Positions 12,561-25,910 of a stretch of DNA of 64,000 nt are shown here, piece after piece. Made by a program: the position numbers and the translations under genes. The notes under the pieces were generated by a model. That model was not told the origin of the DNA and made no database searches. It worked only from the letters and a program-made list of their open reading frames with translations. The DNA comes from the human T2T-CHM13v2.0 reference genome, Homo sapiens, in NCBI RefSeq assembly GCF_009914755.1, contig NC_060940.1; one strand, written 5' to 3'. Within the stretch, counting starts at the first letter, position 1. Every line of letters begins with the position of its first letter.

Positions 12561-13849
12561 GTGATTTAAAAAAAAATAGGTCTGTATTTAAAAGTTTTAG
12601 TGTCAGCTCCATCCAGCCCAAGTTAAGTACTAATTCAGCAAGTTAGTTAAGTAATAAATGGCTATCACTCAACTACAACATATTTGAATTCAGTTTTGAG
12701 GCCCCAGTAGTTGCTAAAAATCAATGCCCACTTTCTCCAGGTATAGTAATTATTTCTCATATTGTTATTGACTGTCTCTTTAAAGACCAGCCAGGACAAA
12801 TCTATTTCTGAAGCTGTTGTAAATGATTTGAAACAGGAAGATGAATGGAATGGAATGAGGGTTGTTTAAAAGAGATTTATCCCTCTTATTCTTGCTCAAG
12901 AAATGAGTGGCCAGTTGCTACCAGCCTATCCCAAAAGCCAAGAGATAAAAGCCAGCAGCAGTTAATTTTCTAGTCCGTGTGCTAGTGACCACAGATATCT
13001 AACCACTGATTTCCAAAGGCTTACTATTATTCATACATATTTACTATGGTAAATAGCTCATGTTTTCAGGAACACTGAGGATCTGTTTAGTCACTTTGGA
13101 TTTCTGGTTTCATCAAGAGTTTGTGTCCGACATCTGGGGATGAGTTGAGGGTTCCGGATACCCATTACAGAGGAAGAGTCTGATGGGGAAACTAGAGGGA
13201 ATTCCTATCTGGAATTTAAATTTAAGTTTAGGATCTCAGAAAGACAAATGGAGTTGAAGCTGTGTCAGGCAGAAGAGATATCTCCATTTGTTTTTCTGCT
13301 TTCTCAACATAAGGCAAATGTCAGTAGTAACCAGGTTTATTCCACAGGCATACTCTGCAATGTGTGGGTAATTGTGCCTATCGATTGTGACAAAGTCTTC
13401 AAGCATGAGGCAGAGAAGTTTGCTATCCAACTGGATGCCCTCAACAATGTTTGCATCTCAACAATGTGTCCTCACATTGGCTGGCTTTACATATGCAGAC
13501 AAGTGAGGACATGCAGAAAATCATTTCACTGGTCCTCCCCATTGCATTGTCGATTGTGTGGAGGCTAACATGTAAAGTTATCAGCCCAGCAGCAGACACG
13601 GAGTGAGTTGTCCATAAATAGTCATTCTAATTGTTCTGTTTTTCTTATTATAATTTATTTTTGCTATGTAAAAAAAAAATCAAATGATCTATTGCGTGTA
13701 TATGTGAGTTTTTGTTTAAAGGCATATGACCCAATTTGTAAACATGATCATTATCTTCTCTGGGAAGAATACTAACCAAGGGAAAGAGTTCATGATTTGG
13801 CTGTGTAGAGCTCTCATTAAGTGATAGGTGACTGGTTCTGTGCTGAGTG

Positions 13850-14030
13850 TTTTTCATCATCTTGATCCTATGAGACATTCAACATTCCATCTTCATCTTA
13901 CAAATGAGAAAACTGAGGCTTAGTGAGGTTCTATAGATGCTCAAGGTCACAGACCCAACAGGTGACTGAGCTGGGGTTTAAATCTCAAGGGGGTCTTTTA
14001 GTAAGGCTTATGCTTTTAAGCACCAAACTC
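13850..14030 (-). mobile_element. MIR
   Basis: CATCTTACAAATGAGAAAACTGAGGCTTAGTGAGGTT...CAAGGTCACAG. Confidence 0.8.
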
Positions 14031-14429
14031 TACCAGGATATAAATGGCAAAAGGAACTGCTTAAGATATGAAGAGAAAAGAAACACACTACTTAACACAA
14101 AACAAAAACTGGATAAAATACCCAGTTGCCTGAATATGTATGCACTTATTCTTGCATTCAGCAAATAAGTACATAGCACCTATCATGAACCAGTGACTTT
14201 GCTTAGGAACACAAAGCAAGCAAAATCCCTGCCTCGATGGCACTTACTTCTTAGGGAAAAGAGAGGATGACAGAACTGTAGAGAAAACAGAGTATACCAG
14301 ATAGCAATGAGGGCTGTGGAGAAAATAAGGTGGGAAAGAGAACTAATATTGGAGCTGGGATTTCAGAAGGAAGAAAGTGTTTGAGTTGAGACCTGAAGGA
14401 GGTGCAGGAACCACAGGACCATCTGGGGT

Positions 14430-14648
14430 CATGGTCAGCAACATGGCCAATGGGCCAACTTTGGCCCACTACTTGTTTTCATGAATAAAGTTCCATTGGA
14501 TCTCAGCCAGGCCCATTAGTTTATGCACTATCTGTGTCTGTTTTTGTGTTCAAATGGCAGAGTTAAGCAGTTGCAATCCTGTGGCCCAGAAAAACTTAAA
14601 TGTTTACTATTTGGCCTTTTATAGAAAAAAAAAATGTGTCCACCTACA
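14430..14648 (-). mobile_element. MER58A
   Basis: GGTCAGCAAC...AATAAAGTT...GGCAGAGTTAAGCAGTTGC...TTTACTATTTGGCCTTTTATAGAAAAA. Confidence 0.8.
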
Positions 14649-14870
14649 TCTAGAAGAAGAGTTTTCCAGGGAGAGGGGACAGGCAGCACATAGGAGTCTC
14701 AGGATGGGAATATGCCTAGTGTGTTTGAGGAGGCAGGTGCGCCTGCAACAGAATGGGCAAAGGGGTGAGTGGAGGGCAGGGCCTGGGCACGTGGGGGCCA
14801 CTGTAGGGGAGAGAGGGAGGATTCTGCAGAGTGTTAACAGGAGGACTCTCGCTCTTTGTGATACATCCAC

Positions 14871-15252
14871 TGTCTTAGGTTGAAGAAGCAACTCTGAGAT
14901 GGAGTTTAGCATTCAGGGCCAACACCTATGGAAAGCAGGGGCAGGAAGCAGGAGTGAGCAGAGGGAGAAGTCCAGCTATGATACAGACCAATGGCAACCT
15001 TGGCCACTCTCTAGGAGCTTCAGAATTGACCCTGTTTGGCCCAAGACAGACAGGCCTTTATACTCCAGTGTTGATCGGTCATTGAATATAGGTCTTTCAA
15101 TGGCAACAACAGTTACAAGGAAGGAGCATCACCTGGGTGATTGTTGAGAAGCTGAGAGCCGAGGGCTGCCTGCTGACCGCACTCCCAGCAGCTGGTGCCA
15201 TGGGTCCTGCATTGAAGTAGGATCTTGGGGGCACATCACAATGTCCAGCACA
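14871..15252 (-). mobile_element. ERVL solo LTR (LTR16C-like)
   Basis: TGTCTTAGGTT...CTGAGATGGAG...GCAGAGGGAGAAG...CACTCCCAGCAGCTGG...ACA. Confidence 0.65.
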
Positions 15253-18074
15253 TAGAGGATGTAGGGAGTAACAGCTAAAGCAAGACTAATTAGGAGGCTA
15301 CTCCGGAAATCTAACTGAGAGATGAAGGTGGCTTGAACCAGGAGGTGGCCAAGAGTTGGCAGACTCTCTCTTTTGAAGGTAAAGCTTTCATATATTCTCC
15401 ATGGCCTAAGATCACCTTAAAGGAGCAAAGTAAAAGGAAACAAGCCAAGGGGAAAGGCTTCAAAGATTCAGTCTATGTTATTAAATCTCCCCACCCATTG
15501 ATTATCATCCATGACAGTCTTTGCTTAGCTTAGGTTTACCTGTGCTCATCATTTTCCAGGGTGTACAGAAGGAACACTATTTAATCACAAACGTTCCAAT
15601 CACAAATGCTTCAGTGACAGGAATAGAAGCTGTCACACCAGACAGGGCAGATAAGTCCTTGTCACATGGCTGGGTCTGTCCCTGCAGTGACTGTGCTATT
15701 CATAGCAAGAATGTTGTGTTGCTAAACTTGGCATGAAACAATACAGTTATTTATGCGACTTCATGGCCTAGAGTATCGCCTTGGATTTGAGATTCTGCTA
15801 AAGCTACATGAGTGGGCAAATCAAGAAATTGTATTCCATAATTTGTTTCCAATCTGACAGAGTACTATGTGTAATAGATGAATAAGCTTATAGATTTTAG
15901 CACATTTATTGCAGTGTGATGTGGTTTGACACAGTGTCTATGAGCTGTGTGGGGTGAAATGGAAGGTTTAAATGGATTCCAGCTTCATTATCCCACTGTG
16001 ATCTGAGGAAAGCGAGACCACAATGTTGCCATCCAGTAAAGCACTTTATCACATTCCTTCCCAAGTTGAACAGCAGCGTTCTGCCAAAGAAAAGCTATTT
16101 GCTGGGTAGACTCTTTAGCAAGTTTCATTTTTAACTTGGGTGCCAAGCCAGCCAATGGAATCTAATGGGTTTTGCTTACAATGTGCATGGCCTGGCTATT
16201 TACATGAGATTGACAGCACGAGAAAAACCAGACGCTATACTCACTAGGCTGATTTAGAGGTTTCTCTGCTCATTTGAATTCAGCCAAGCTAGTCAGTCTA
16301 GCCCTGGGAAAACCTGCAAGAGTAAAAAGAGAACCAATAAAAGCGATTCATGAAAAACCTGAAGTGCATAAGAAATTAATTCCCCTGAGTTTCCAAACTA
16401 GTCAGTAAGCTGCGCTGAGGTTTTGCTTTCTATGTTTCTCCTTTGCTTAGGGACTGGTCAAAATCTCGAAGCCACTTGTTGATTTTTCTCTCTTTAAACT
16501 GCTTTGATGGAAGAACACCCAGGGTGTAATGGGCACCTGGGTGGGTGGATGCCTAACTAAATATATTTATATAATCCTTGAAACATGTTTAACTCTGGAG
16601 GTTAAGGAAGGCCCAAAGACAAAGCGGAGTTGTTAAGGGAAGAAAAAAACAGAACTTCTTAAAGGTTGACACGGTGCCACTCATTAATTCTAGAAAAGTT
16701 TGCAGGGGCTGTTACATGTCAGACGCAATGCTAGCCTTCCCAGATGCATTGATGAACAAGTTGCAATTCTTGCTGTGGTGAGCTAATGGTAAAAATAAAC
16801 AGAGCACTGCCACACACAGACATAAGAGCCATGGGGCAGCATCCCATTCCAATGCCTGGTACATATTAGGAACCCACTAAATACTTGTTAAGGTTCATTT
16901 TGTGATGGTATTTTTTTCCTCTCTCCGCTAGCTTAAATCTGTTCAAGTCTCCCATGGTTAATACGATAATTTTTCTGATGTTTATCACCAATAAATTTTT
17001 AGAAAAATCAGGCTACACAGTCACTCTCTCCACCTTCTTAGGATACACTCACTCTCTTACCCTTTCACTCCTTCGGGCAATTTGATCTGCTATCTTTTCC
17101 CACCACTTTAAGAGAAGGACTCTTGATGGGGTTCCCACACCTGGTCAGATGGCCTCTCTTGGTTGTCTTCCTCAATCCTTTCATTGTGTTGTAGTTGGGC
17201 AGTTCCTCCACCTTTCACTTCTCAGATGCAGCATAATCGTGTTTCTTCCTCCCCTCTGAATATTGCTTTTCTGCCTCTCTGCATTCCTTTTCCTCTTCCC
17301 AACACCTAAGTGATTCTTAAAAATATTCTCTGACTTTCTATGCCTTCTCCATCAGTGTTAGTTTCAAGTTATCTTGTCATAGTTTCATTTAGGAGATAAT
17401 GCCTGAATCTTTATCTTAAGCCTTGAACCCTCTAGAACAATTTCATTTGTGTGCTGGGCACCTGGATGTCCCAAAGGCAAGTGAACTCATCATATCAGGA
17501 GTCAAACTCATTCTGACTAATTTTATTTAATGCTATTTCCATTCACTTGGTCATCCAGGTGGAGACCTGAGGGTCAAGATGGAGCCCTCTCCCATGTCTC
17601 TCTCTTTGCTGCTCTCAGATGGACCCAGGGGTCATGTGCTGTCAACTCATCCATCACTATATTTTTCTCCTTTGCCCTTCCATGTTATTTCCATTTCACC
17701 CACCGTTGTGTGATACCACAGCGTCTGTTTTACCTCCCACTGAACAAAAGAAATATAATCCTTGAAACATGCTCCTTAGTGTGGAAGAGAGGGGTGGTCT
17801 GATGACTTGTTTCAAAATGATCTCAATATCAACCACTGCCCCAACGGTCTTGCATTTCATACTTAAGCAACATATTTCAATGCAGAGAAGGTTTATAGTG
17901 TGGTGGGGATTTGAGGGTAGCTTTTCAATTCTGCTCTGTTTGATTTTTGACTGATGACCCCAGACACAGAGATTTGGCCTGGCAGAACCTGCCCTTAGTT
18001 CTATAGAGGACACCTTCCCCATACTTTTTTCTCCTTTTCCTCTTCCTCTATAAACTCTAGGTTCTTTCACTGCA

Positions 18075-18391
18075 TTTCTTTTTTGTAAACAGCTTTACTG
18101 AGGTATAATTGACATACAAAAAATTGCTCCGGTTTAATGTATACAGTGTGATGAGTTTGGATATATACAAGCACTGGTGAAACCATCAGCTTCATAATCA
18201 AGGCTTCCAATATCATTCACCTCCAAACGTTTCCTTATGCCCCTCCAGTGTTTGTTGATTTGTTTGTGGTAAGAACACCCACCATGCAATCTACCCTCTT
18301 AATAAAATGTTTAAGTGCACAATGCAGTACTGTCAATTACAGGCGCTGTGTTGTACAGCAGACCTCTAGAGCTTACTGATCTTGCTAAACT
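18075..18391 (-). mobile_element. Old L1M 3' end fragment
   Basis: CAGCTTTACTGAGGTATAATTGACATACAA...TTGTACAGCAGACCTCTAGAGCTTA. Confidence 0.8.
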
Positions 18392-18606
18392 AGCCACTTG
18401 TCACACATTCGTTAGGTTTCATGACAGTCTGTCCTCTGAGATGGGCTAAGAGTTAGTCTGCTCTCAAAGAGTTTCTTGCAAGAATATGATGGGTGCTTTG
18501 TGGTGAAAAGTGAAATAGCAATAAAAAAAATCAGTCACTTCCATTGTAAAAATAAACGTAACTGCATGGCCAATATGTTATTCTAAAACAGAAGTTGGCT
18601 TCTTAC

Positions 18607-18654
18607 CTGGCTTTACCGTGCACGGAGGACTTTAATTTGTGTTCCTGTCAAACT
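18607..18654 (-). other. Candidate 48-nt minus-strand exon, stops in all frames
   Basis: Minus strand reads CTTTCCACATTTTCACATTCCTAG| ... CAG|GTAAGA. Confidence 0.3.
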
Positions 18655-20774
18655 CTAGGAATGTGAAAATGTGGAAAGCCCATCCCAAACAAAAATAAGC
18701 CTCTTGCCGGAGTCCTCACGTGAAATCTCTCTCATTCTCACCCATTCACCTTTCAAATCTGTGCTTTTAGCACATCACCTTTCTGCCCTAAAACGTTTAG
18801 TGGCTCACAAGCTAGTTTCCAAATTCCTTAGCTTAGTAGTTAGCCCTCCGCTACCTTTTCTTAATGCACTTTTACACTTTTCTCCATGCTGTAACTAAAC
18901 AGCACTACCTACTAAAATAGAAAGATACCTTTCAGGTTCCTGACCTCATGCCAGTATCTACCATTTCCTTTTCCTAGAATTCTCTCTTTCTCCTTATTTA
19001 AATCCTATGCATTCTCTAGTGCATTTGGGGGAAAATGTCATCTCTTTCTGTAGGCATTAACTCTCTATGCCCTAAAATTTCATATAACCTTGGTGGTTCC
19101 TTTTATCTCACACATTTCGCTTATTTCTTTGACTAATGTTATTCATGAACATGTCTTACCATTTATTCTGCTGCACCTACAACCCCTGGTGGCCAGTGGC
19201 TGTCTTACTAACTTTTGTGTTCCCTGTGCCTCACACATCACAGACTTTCCAGAACCTTTTAGTGGATAAAGTTAATGCAGAAATGAGTTAAATATTCAAA
19301 GAAGCAGTGAGCAAGATACGTTTTTTATTCTTCCTTTCGGAAATGAATCCTTGCTCTTCCCCACCCCTGGGAACTGTGCCCTGGTTATGATTGAGATCTC
19401 ATAGTCACTCATCATTCATTCTTTAGTTAGAATTGCATAACATTTTATTCTTTACAATAAAGATAACTTGTTAATTGCTTAACCAGATGTGATTTTACTA
19501 TTATATTTTTTAGTAATTACATAAATCAGAGGAAAAATCCTTTTCAGATGATATGCCCTTATGTGTGATTTAGACAAGCTGACCACCTACTTTTAGATAA
19601 AGAAATCATCTTCTGCCAAGATGGGGCTAGATGTGAGGGAAGAGAAGTTTCCTACCAAGAATTTCCATTTAAATTCAAATTTAGAAGCTTTCTTAGTCCC
19701 TGAGTCTTATTCCACTTCAGACTTGTTGAAATTTTCCTCATGAAATATGCTTTAGTTGTCTTGGTAAATTTTAAGAGTGAGAGAAGACCAAGTAACAGTT
19801 TACAAAGGTAAGAATCATTTAAACCTACTTACTCTCCCTGTTTAAGCAATGAGGAGGATTCTGTTTATTTATTTTTAAAAAGTGTTAAGGGAAGAAGTGC
19901 TATTTCAAATTAAATGAAGACACGGGAATTTGCCTTTAATTATTTAAAATAGTTTAAATCTTGTTGTTCAAACAACACCTTGTCTCTACAAAAGAAAAAG
20001 GAAAATACGATGACACTCAGACTTTGTCAACTTTTTCCAAATATTAGCAAGTTAAAAAAAACTATTGGTTCTGAATGGTGAGATAAATATATGCCACCTG
20101 TAATATTTACCTGAATAGTATATATTCAGAATGCAATATTGTGTAATCTCTTTTAACTTCAAAATAACCCTTCTTTGCCCTGCAAAGATACTTGAACTCT
20201 TGGTGTTGGCTACCTATGAAATTATGTCAAACACATAGATTCTACATCTCCAGATATTCAAAACTAATTATCCCTTAATTTGCAAGTGAAAGCAAAATAC
20301 CACCTAATAGACCATTTCTCTGGTAAACCTTTCTTTATCTTAATGAGCAGAATGTGGACGCCTATTACAACCTGATTTTAAAACCTCCGTGCCACTCAAC
20401 AGCTTACTCATAAGACTGACCAGAAGGAGGCAACAAAGATGTAAATATTCTTATTTACAATATGGACTGAGCTCATATCTGTCTATTTAGCATTTTATTA
20501 TAATGCATGCCATCCCAACAGAATCAATAGTTGATTGATTTCTTATGTAAGAGACTTGAGTACTTTAATTCTGGATGGAAACTCATCAGCAACTTCCAGT
20601 TGATGAGATGACGTTCTCCATTTGGTGAAACTGGGCTACATTTAATCATCACAAACTTCAAATTGTATTATCCCACTTTCCAGATAATGTACAGCGTATT
20701 AGCCCAACCCGCTTTCTTCAGAAGTGTCTTTAAACAGAGATGGGCTGTATCTAGATAGGGGTGGAATATGCCAG

Positions 20775-21200
20775 TGTATCGGTTAGCCGTTCCTATAATA
20801 ATGCTGCATAACAAGCCATGCTAAAATTCCATGGCTTACACATTGCTCCATAGGCTGAGGGGTTGGCTGATCTAGGCTGGGCTCAGCTGGGCTTGACTCC
20901 AGACTGTGGGTTTCATTCAGGTCTGCTCCATGGACGTCTCATTCTTCTGAGGACAGCGTGCTCCTTCGGAAACATTCTTTTCCTGATGGAGACTGAAAGT
21001 TTCCAGGTTAGCATATAGAAACACATGATGCTTCTTGAAGTCTAGGTAGGAACTGGTGCTCAGTCACTTCCACCCACTGGGCAAAGCAAGTCCAATATCA
21101 ATGGGGGAACATTCTGTTTGGAAGAACTTCAAAGCCTCATAGCAAAAGCCTCCATATGGGGAGTAGTGAAAAATTGGGAAAAATAATACATTCGATCACA
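20775..21200 (-). mobile_element. MLT1 (G/H-like) solo LTR
   Basis: TGTATCGGTTAG...ATGCTGCATAACAA...GGCTGATCTAGGCTGGGCTCAGCTGGG...GGCAAAGCAAGTC...CACA. Confidence 0.75.
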
Positions 21201-21439
21201 GCTGCTTTGTTTTAGGGTTTATATAAAAGAAATAACTTTAAAAGGGGTTACCTCCTTCTCATGCCTATATTTTTAAAAGTAAGTGTATTACTCTACATTG
21301 AATAACCCAAGCTAAAAGTATTTTATAGTTAACCTTGACCTAGTATACATACTCTCTCACTCTCACTCTCCCCACACCCCCAAACCCAACAATGACCACA
21401 GATCTTCCTTTCCTTCCACTTTCACAACCCAAAACTTGT

Positions 21440-21930
21440 CCTGTTCATTCTCTGCTCAAAAGCCCATCAGTGAATCCCTGTTGCCATTGATATAGCTCAA
21501 ACCCTCGGCTAGCTTTACAATAACCTTCACAGTGTGTGGTTTGTCTCTTCCATCATTCTGTGTGAATTTACTTGTCTGTCTTTCCACATGTTATTTCCTT
21601 TGCTGGGACACTCTCTTTTCTCTCTCCCACCTGCCTGGTGAATTGATGTTTATTCGTCAGAGCCCAGCTCAAACTTTACAACGTCTGCACATCCTTCACT
21701 AATCCCCTGCAGGCTTTTCTGTTTCCTTATCTGTGGTTTACAAGCATTTTATACATATGGCTATAAAGCACTTATAATAATAGACTGGAATTAGTCATTC
21801 ATGCGCCTTTTGCTGCTAGCCTGTGAAATCCTTGAAGATGGGGGTCCATGCCTCATTCATTTTCTATCGTTAGCATTCATCTCCATGCCTGTAACATGGT
21901 AGGCTTCAAATAAGGTGGTTGGATTGAAAA
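21440..21930 (+). mobile_element. L2 3' fragment
   Basis: CTCTGCTCAAAA...CCCAGCTCAAA...CCTTGAAGATGGGG...CATGGTAGGCTTCAAATAA. Confidence 0.7.
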
Positions 21931-21939
21931 GAAGGAGAT

Positions 21940-22700
21940 TTTAAAAATAAGCATTTAAGAAATAAAAAGGAGAAACAGCCATGGCACAAACAGTTATGTT
22001 CAACCTCGCCATTAATTAAAGACACTATAAACAAATAAAAATTATAGATCAATTTTTATTTTTCAAATAGGGAATTATGTTTTTAGAAAGACAAGACATA
22101 GTATTGAAAAAAACATGGATATCTGGCATTGCCAACTGGAGTCTAACTGACAACTTTCAGGGATTTTTATCATTTCTCTTTCTCAAGTACTTAAATATAT
22201 TCATATGTGTTGACCCAGAAATTTGATTTTAAATAATTTATCAAGTGGAAATAAAGATGTGAAAAAATTACATAGGATTGCTGATTATAGCATCATTTAT
22301 AGTAGGAAAAAATTGAAACACTCTAAATTTCTTACAATATCAGCCCGGTTATATAAAATCATGGTGTAGATATAACATTGGGCCAAAACGTCTGCCATTA
22401 TTAGAGGCACAGTTAATAAAATGGGAAAAGGTTTACCATGTATGTTCCAACATAAGAAATTAAGAGCACAAGAAATGAGAATCTTGTAAAATATAAGGGC
22501 TATTGTTAGTTACATCCCATGTACGCCAAAAACTGAATTTGAAAGAAATACAGGAAAATATTAATAGTGATTACATTTGGATGTAATAATCACAGGATGA
22601 TCTTATTTTTATTTTTTTCTTTTTGCCTTTCTCTAGTTTCCAAATTTTCTACAATGAACATACATAGCATTTATAGTAAATGAAAAGATCTAAAAATATT
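21940..22700 (+). mobile_element. L1ME-type 3' fragment
   Basis: TTGACCCAGAAATT...AAAATATTAATAGTGATTA...CCAAATTTTCTACAATGAACAT. Confidence 0.7.
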
Positions 22701-23531
22701 TTAAAGATATAATTATGATACAGTAACTTGTACTGTTAACTGGGCTTGTGTGAGCTCTAAGTTATTGATTATGTATAGCTCTTTATGTGAGTTTCTGCTA
22801 CTTTTGAGCCTTGACTTGTTTATCTTTAGATTGGGTTCCATTTCTCTTTTGTAATTAACTAAGAACTGAAATGAATTTTCTAAATAGAATTGTTCTTAAT
22901 TTAAATATGAAATTCTGTTTTCTCTAACGTAATTGTACCTGAGTGAAAGTAACTGCAATGAGGACTATAAAGGAAGATAAAGTAGGAATATGATGTATAA
23001 TTTCCCTTTGCATAATTGTAACTCTGAAGAACGCATGCTCCCAGCAGAAAAGTAATTTAAATTATATCACAACAAATGCCATATTTTAAAATAGAAACTA
23101 TCCATCATGTACTGAGTAAAGCTGGTGGCAACCTATACATCTCAAAAATATACTGAAAATCCCTCCATGAGTCCATTAAAAACAAATTGATTGGTTTAAT
23201 TCCAGCACATGCTGAAGGAAAGTATAAGTGACATTAATGTAATTTTAAGTGCATAAAATTACTAATTACATATTTAGAAAAAAATTATGTAAGAGAATAA
23301 CCATGAGAAATAATTTTTATTATAAAATATTGAAATGTGTACAATGTGAACAGAATAGTATAATAAATCCCATGTATGTAGCGCCCACAACACCTTTTAT
23401 TTCTCAGTACAATTTTTATTTTGGAAATGATTTTTAAAAATGTAGAACAATACTTTTGTCTTTATCTTCTGGGCAAAACCAGTTTTGAAAAACAGTGAAC
23501 ATTTTAATAATTGTAGACCAGTGCTAATATG

Positions 23532-23816
23532 TTTTTTGTTTTTGAGACAGGGTCTCGCTCTGCTGCCCAGGCTGGAGCGCGGTGGCACTCTCTCAGCTCA
23601 CTGCAGCCTCAGACTTCCCGGGCTTAGGCGATCCTCCCACCTCAGCCTTTTAGGTAGTGGGGCCTACAGGCGCAGACCACGGCACCTGGCTAATTTTTGC
23701 ATTTTTTTGTAGTGACAGGGTCTCACCGTATTGCCCAGGATAGTCTCAAACGATCCACTCACCCACTTCAGCCTCCCAAAATGGTGAGATTACAGGCATT
23801 AGCCACTGCACCCATC
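23532..23816 (-). mobile_element. AluJ with small internal deletion
   Basis: GAGACAGGGTCTCGCTCTG...CACTGCAGCCTC; degenerate TSD TGCTAATATGT / TACTAATACAT. Confidence 0.92.
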
Positions 23817-25714
23817 TACTAATACATATTTTGAAGGCATAATTTGAAATCTGTTGGAACAAATGCTCCAGCAAAGACATTAAAATATATTTTTCACCTA
23901 GACAGAGAATAGACATACCTTTCATGTACACAATTTAAAATACAGACCCAACACTCAGCATTCTTTTCCTTGGTCAGCATAAAGCGTGTGAATATGGAAA
24001 ACATGTCAAGTGTTGCTCGTCCCCCACTGTTAATGTTTTCTCACATTCCTGTCCAGAGATAGTTCTCTGCATCTTTTACATTAAAAATCTTGCCATAAGT
24101 GTATTTTTAATACAAATATTTTCTATTTTATAAATATGACATAGAAAAATTTCAAGCTATTCAGGTGTATGTAATTAAATTTGATTTTTTACAGGAAATT
24201 TTGAAATTGTTATAGTGATTAATTGATTTGTTCATCTGGCATGTATTAGGCACCTACTATATACCAGGTGCTCTTTTAGACTTTGGAGAAAACAGTGAAC
24301 AAGATGGATAAGGGATCCCATTTTTAAAGCACAAAGTTTTCTCCAGCTATTTCTTAATGGAGAGATTAAAGAAATCTTCGCCTCCAAGAAGTCTGGATCT
24401 AAGTCATCTCCCTTTACTTGATCAGGCCCATTTCCACCCCCTAGTTCAGTTGACAGAGATAGGATGGCAGCCTCTGCCAGCATGTTTCAGGATATACCCA
24501 GGAAGCAAATACCTGGTTGGAATAACAAAGTCCAAAGCGAAGCAAGAGGGTGATTGTTAAATGAGTAATTAGAATAAACACTGAAAAATGGTATCTGCCT
24601 GGGCCTCTATTTTTCTCGCTTTTGTAGTCGTTTTTCATAGGTTGGACTTCTTGCCCTTCAGAGATAATGAACCACAATATGCATCTATCTGTGGGTAGCA
24701 GTAGCTTGAGTTTGGGATTGTTCCTCGGGTTCCTAGGGATTTTTTTGAAAACCAGGAGAGGATTTTCTGAACCCAATTGGTCCAGTTAATGTATCTATAC
24801 GTCTTACTTCTCTCTTTTCCAGGCATAAATCTCCGGGCTGGCTTCTAGAATACCAGGTCCCTTTCCCCTCAGTTCCTGTGTATCCTGTGTTATAGCTCCA
24901 AGAAGGAGCTATAACAGGGTTAGAACAAAGATCTCCCCTCCCTACTACTCCTGGATAAAAATCACAGCTAAGCTGTGACTTTTGAGTGCTTAGCACATGC
25001 TAGGCACTGCAGTGAATACTTCTATACACATGATCGCATTTAAGCTCCACCACCTATTTCGAGGGCTGGATGAATTTATGTTTCTTGTGCTACATATGAG
25101 GAAACTGAGGCACAAATAGCCTCGGCCATTTGTACAAGGTGCAGAGCCTGTAAAATGGCAGCTTGGCAGTGATACCCAGTTGTATCACTCTAATCCCCAG
25201 AGCCTGTGGCCACCATACAGGGCTGCCTCTCACAACACACATAAATAGCCATGTGTCTCATAGGTAGCATTGACAGAGTCAATTCTTTTCCAGTACGGAG
25301 AGCGGTGAATTTTGAGAAGTGACTTTTTGGCAGAAATGCAATCTAGTGACAAATCAGCAAAAGGTTAGAGTTCAGATTAAAACTCAGAATCTCTGACTTC
25401 AGAGTCTACAAGTTAATCTGTGACACTTTAAAGGCTCTGGGAAACAAAAGAATACTGTTGAATCTGGTTACCCCCTCAGACTCAGGCTGACTTGGAGTTG
25501 TGTGCGTGGGGCGATGCCATTCCAATGGTAGCCGCTTTGCTTTATGGGGTTTTAGGAAGAAATCCAAGCTTCAGTAGCCTTTCCCAACCGAATGCATTAT
25601 TAAAGATACAACGTGTAACTCAGGACTGATTTTGACATTTTAAACATGATTTTTCTCCATTAATAGAGTACCATAAAGTCAGCAGTAACAACATTACAGA
25701 AAGCTGAGAAAGAA

Positions 25715-25910
25715 AATACGGTGAAACCCCGTCTCTACTAAAAATACAAAAAATTAGCCGGGCATGGTGGCGGGCGCCTGTAACCCCAGCTACTCAGGAG
25801 GCTGAGGCAGGAGAATCACTTGAACACGGGAGGTGGAGGTTGCAGTGAGCCAAGATCACGCCACTGAACTCCAGCCTGGGTGACAGAGCGAGACTCTGTC
25901 TCAAAAAAAA
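25715..25910 (+). mobile_element. 5'-truncated Alu (S-type) with no TSD
   Basis: Begins at ACGGTGAAACCCCGTCTCTAC; A8 tail followed by 19 nt identical to 164-182. Confidence 0.95.

Larger units (their letters stand above)
14145..15350 (-). mobile_element. L2 fragment interrupted by MER58A and an LTR
   Basis: CATTCAGCAAATA...AAATCCCTGCCTCGATGG...TTGAGTTGAGACCTGAAGGA...GAGATGAAGGTGGCTTGAAC. Confidence 0.65.

Noticed and set aside
13248-13568. 106-aa ATG ORF (MELKLCQAEE...)
   Set aside because: No recognisable domain, it ends in MIR-like sequence, and its length is within chance expectation.
19721-19807. Possible 87-nt plus-strand exon ending AAG|GTAAGA
   Set aside because: The acceptor is ambiguous with several competing AGs and the sequence is very AT-rich; support is insufficient.
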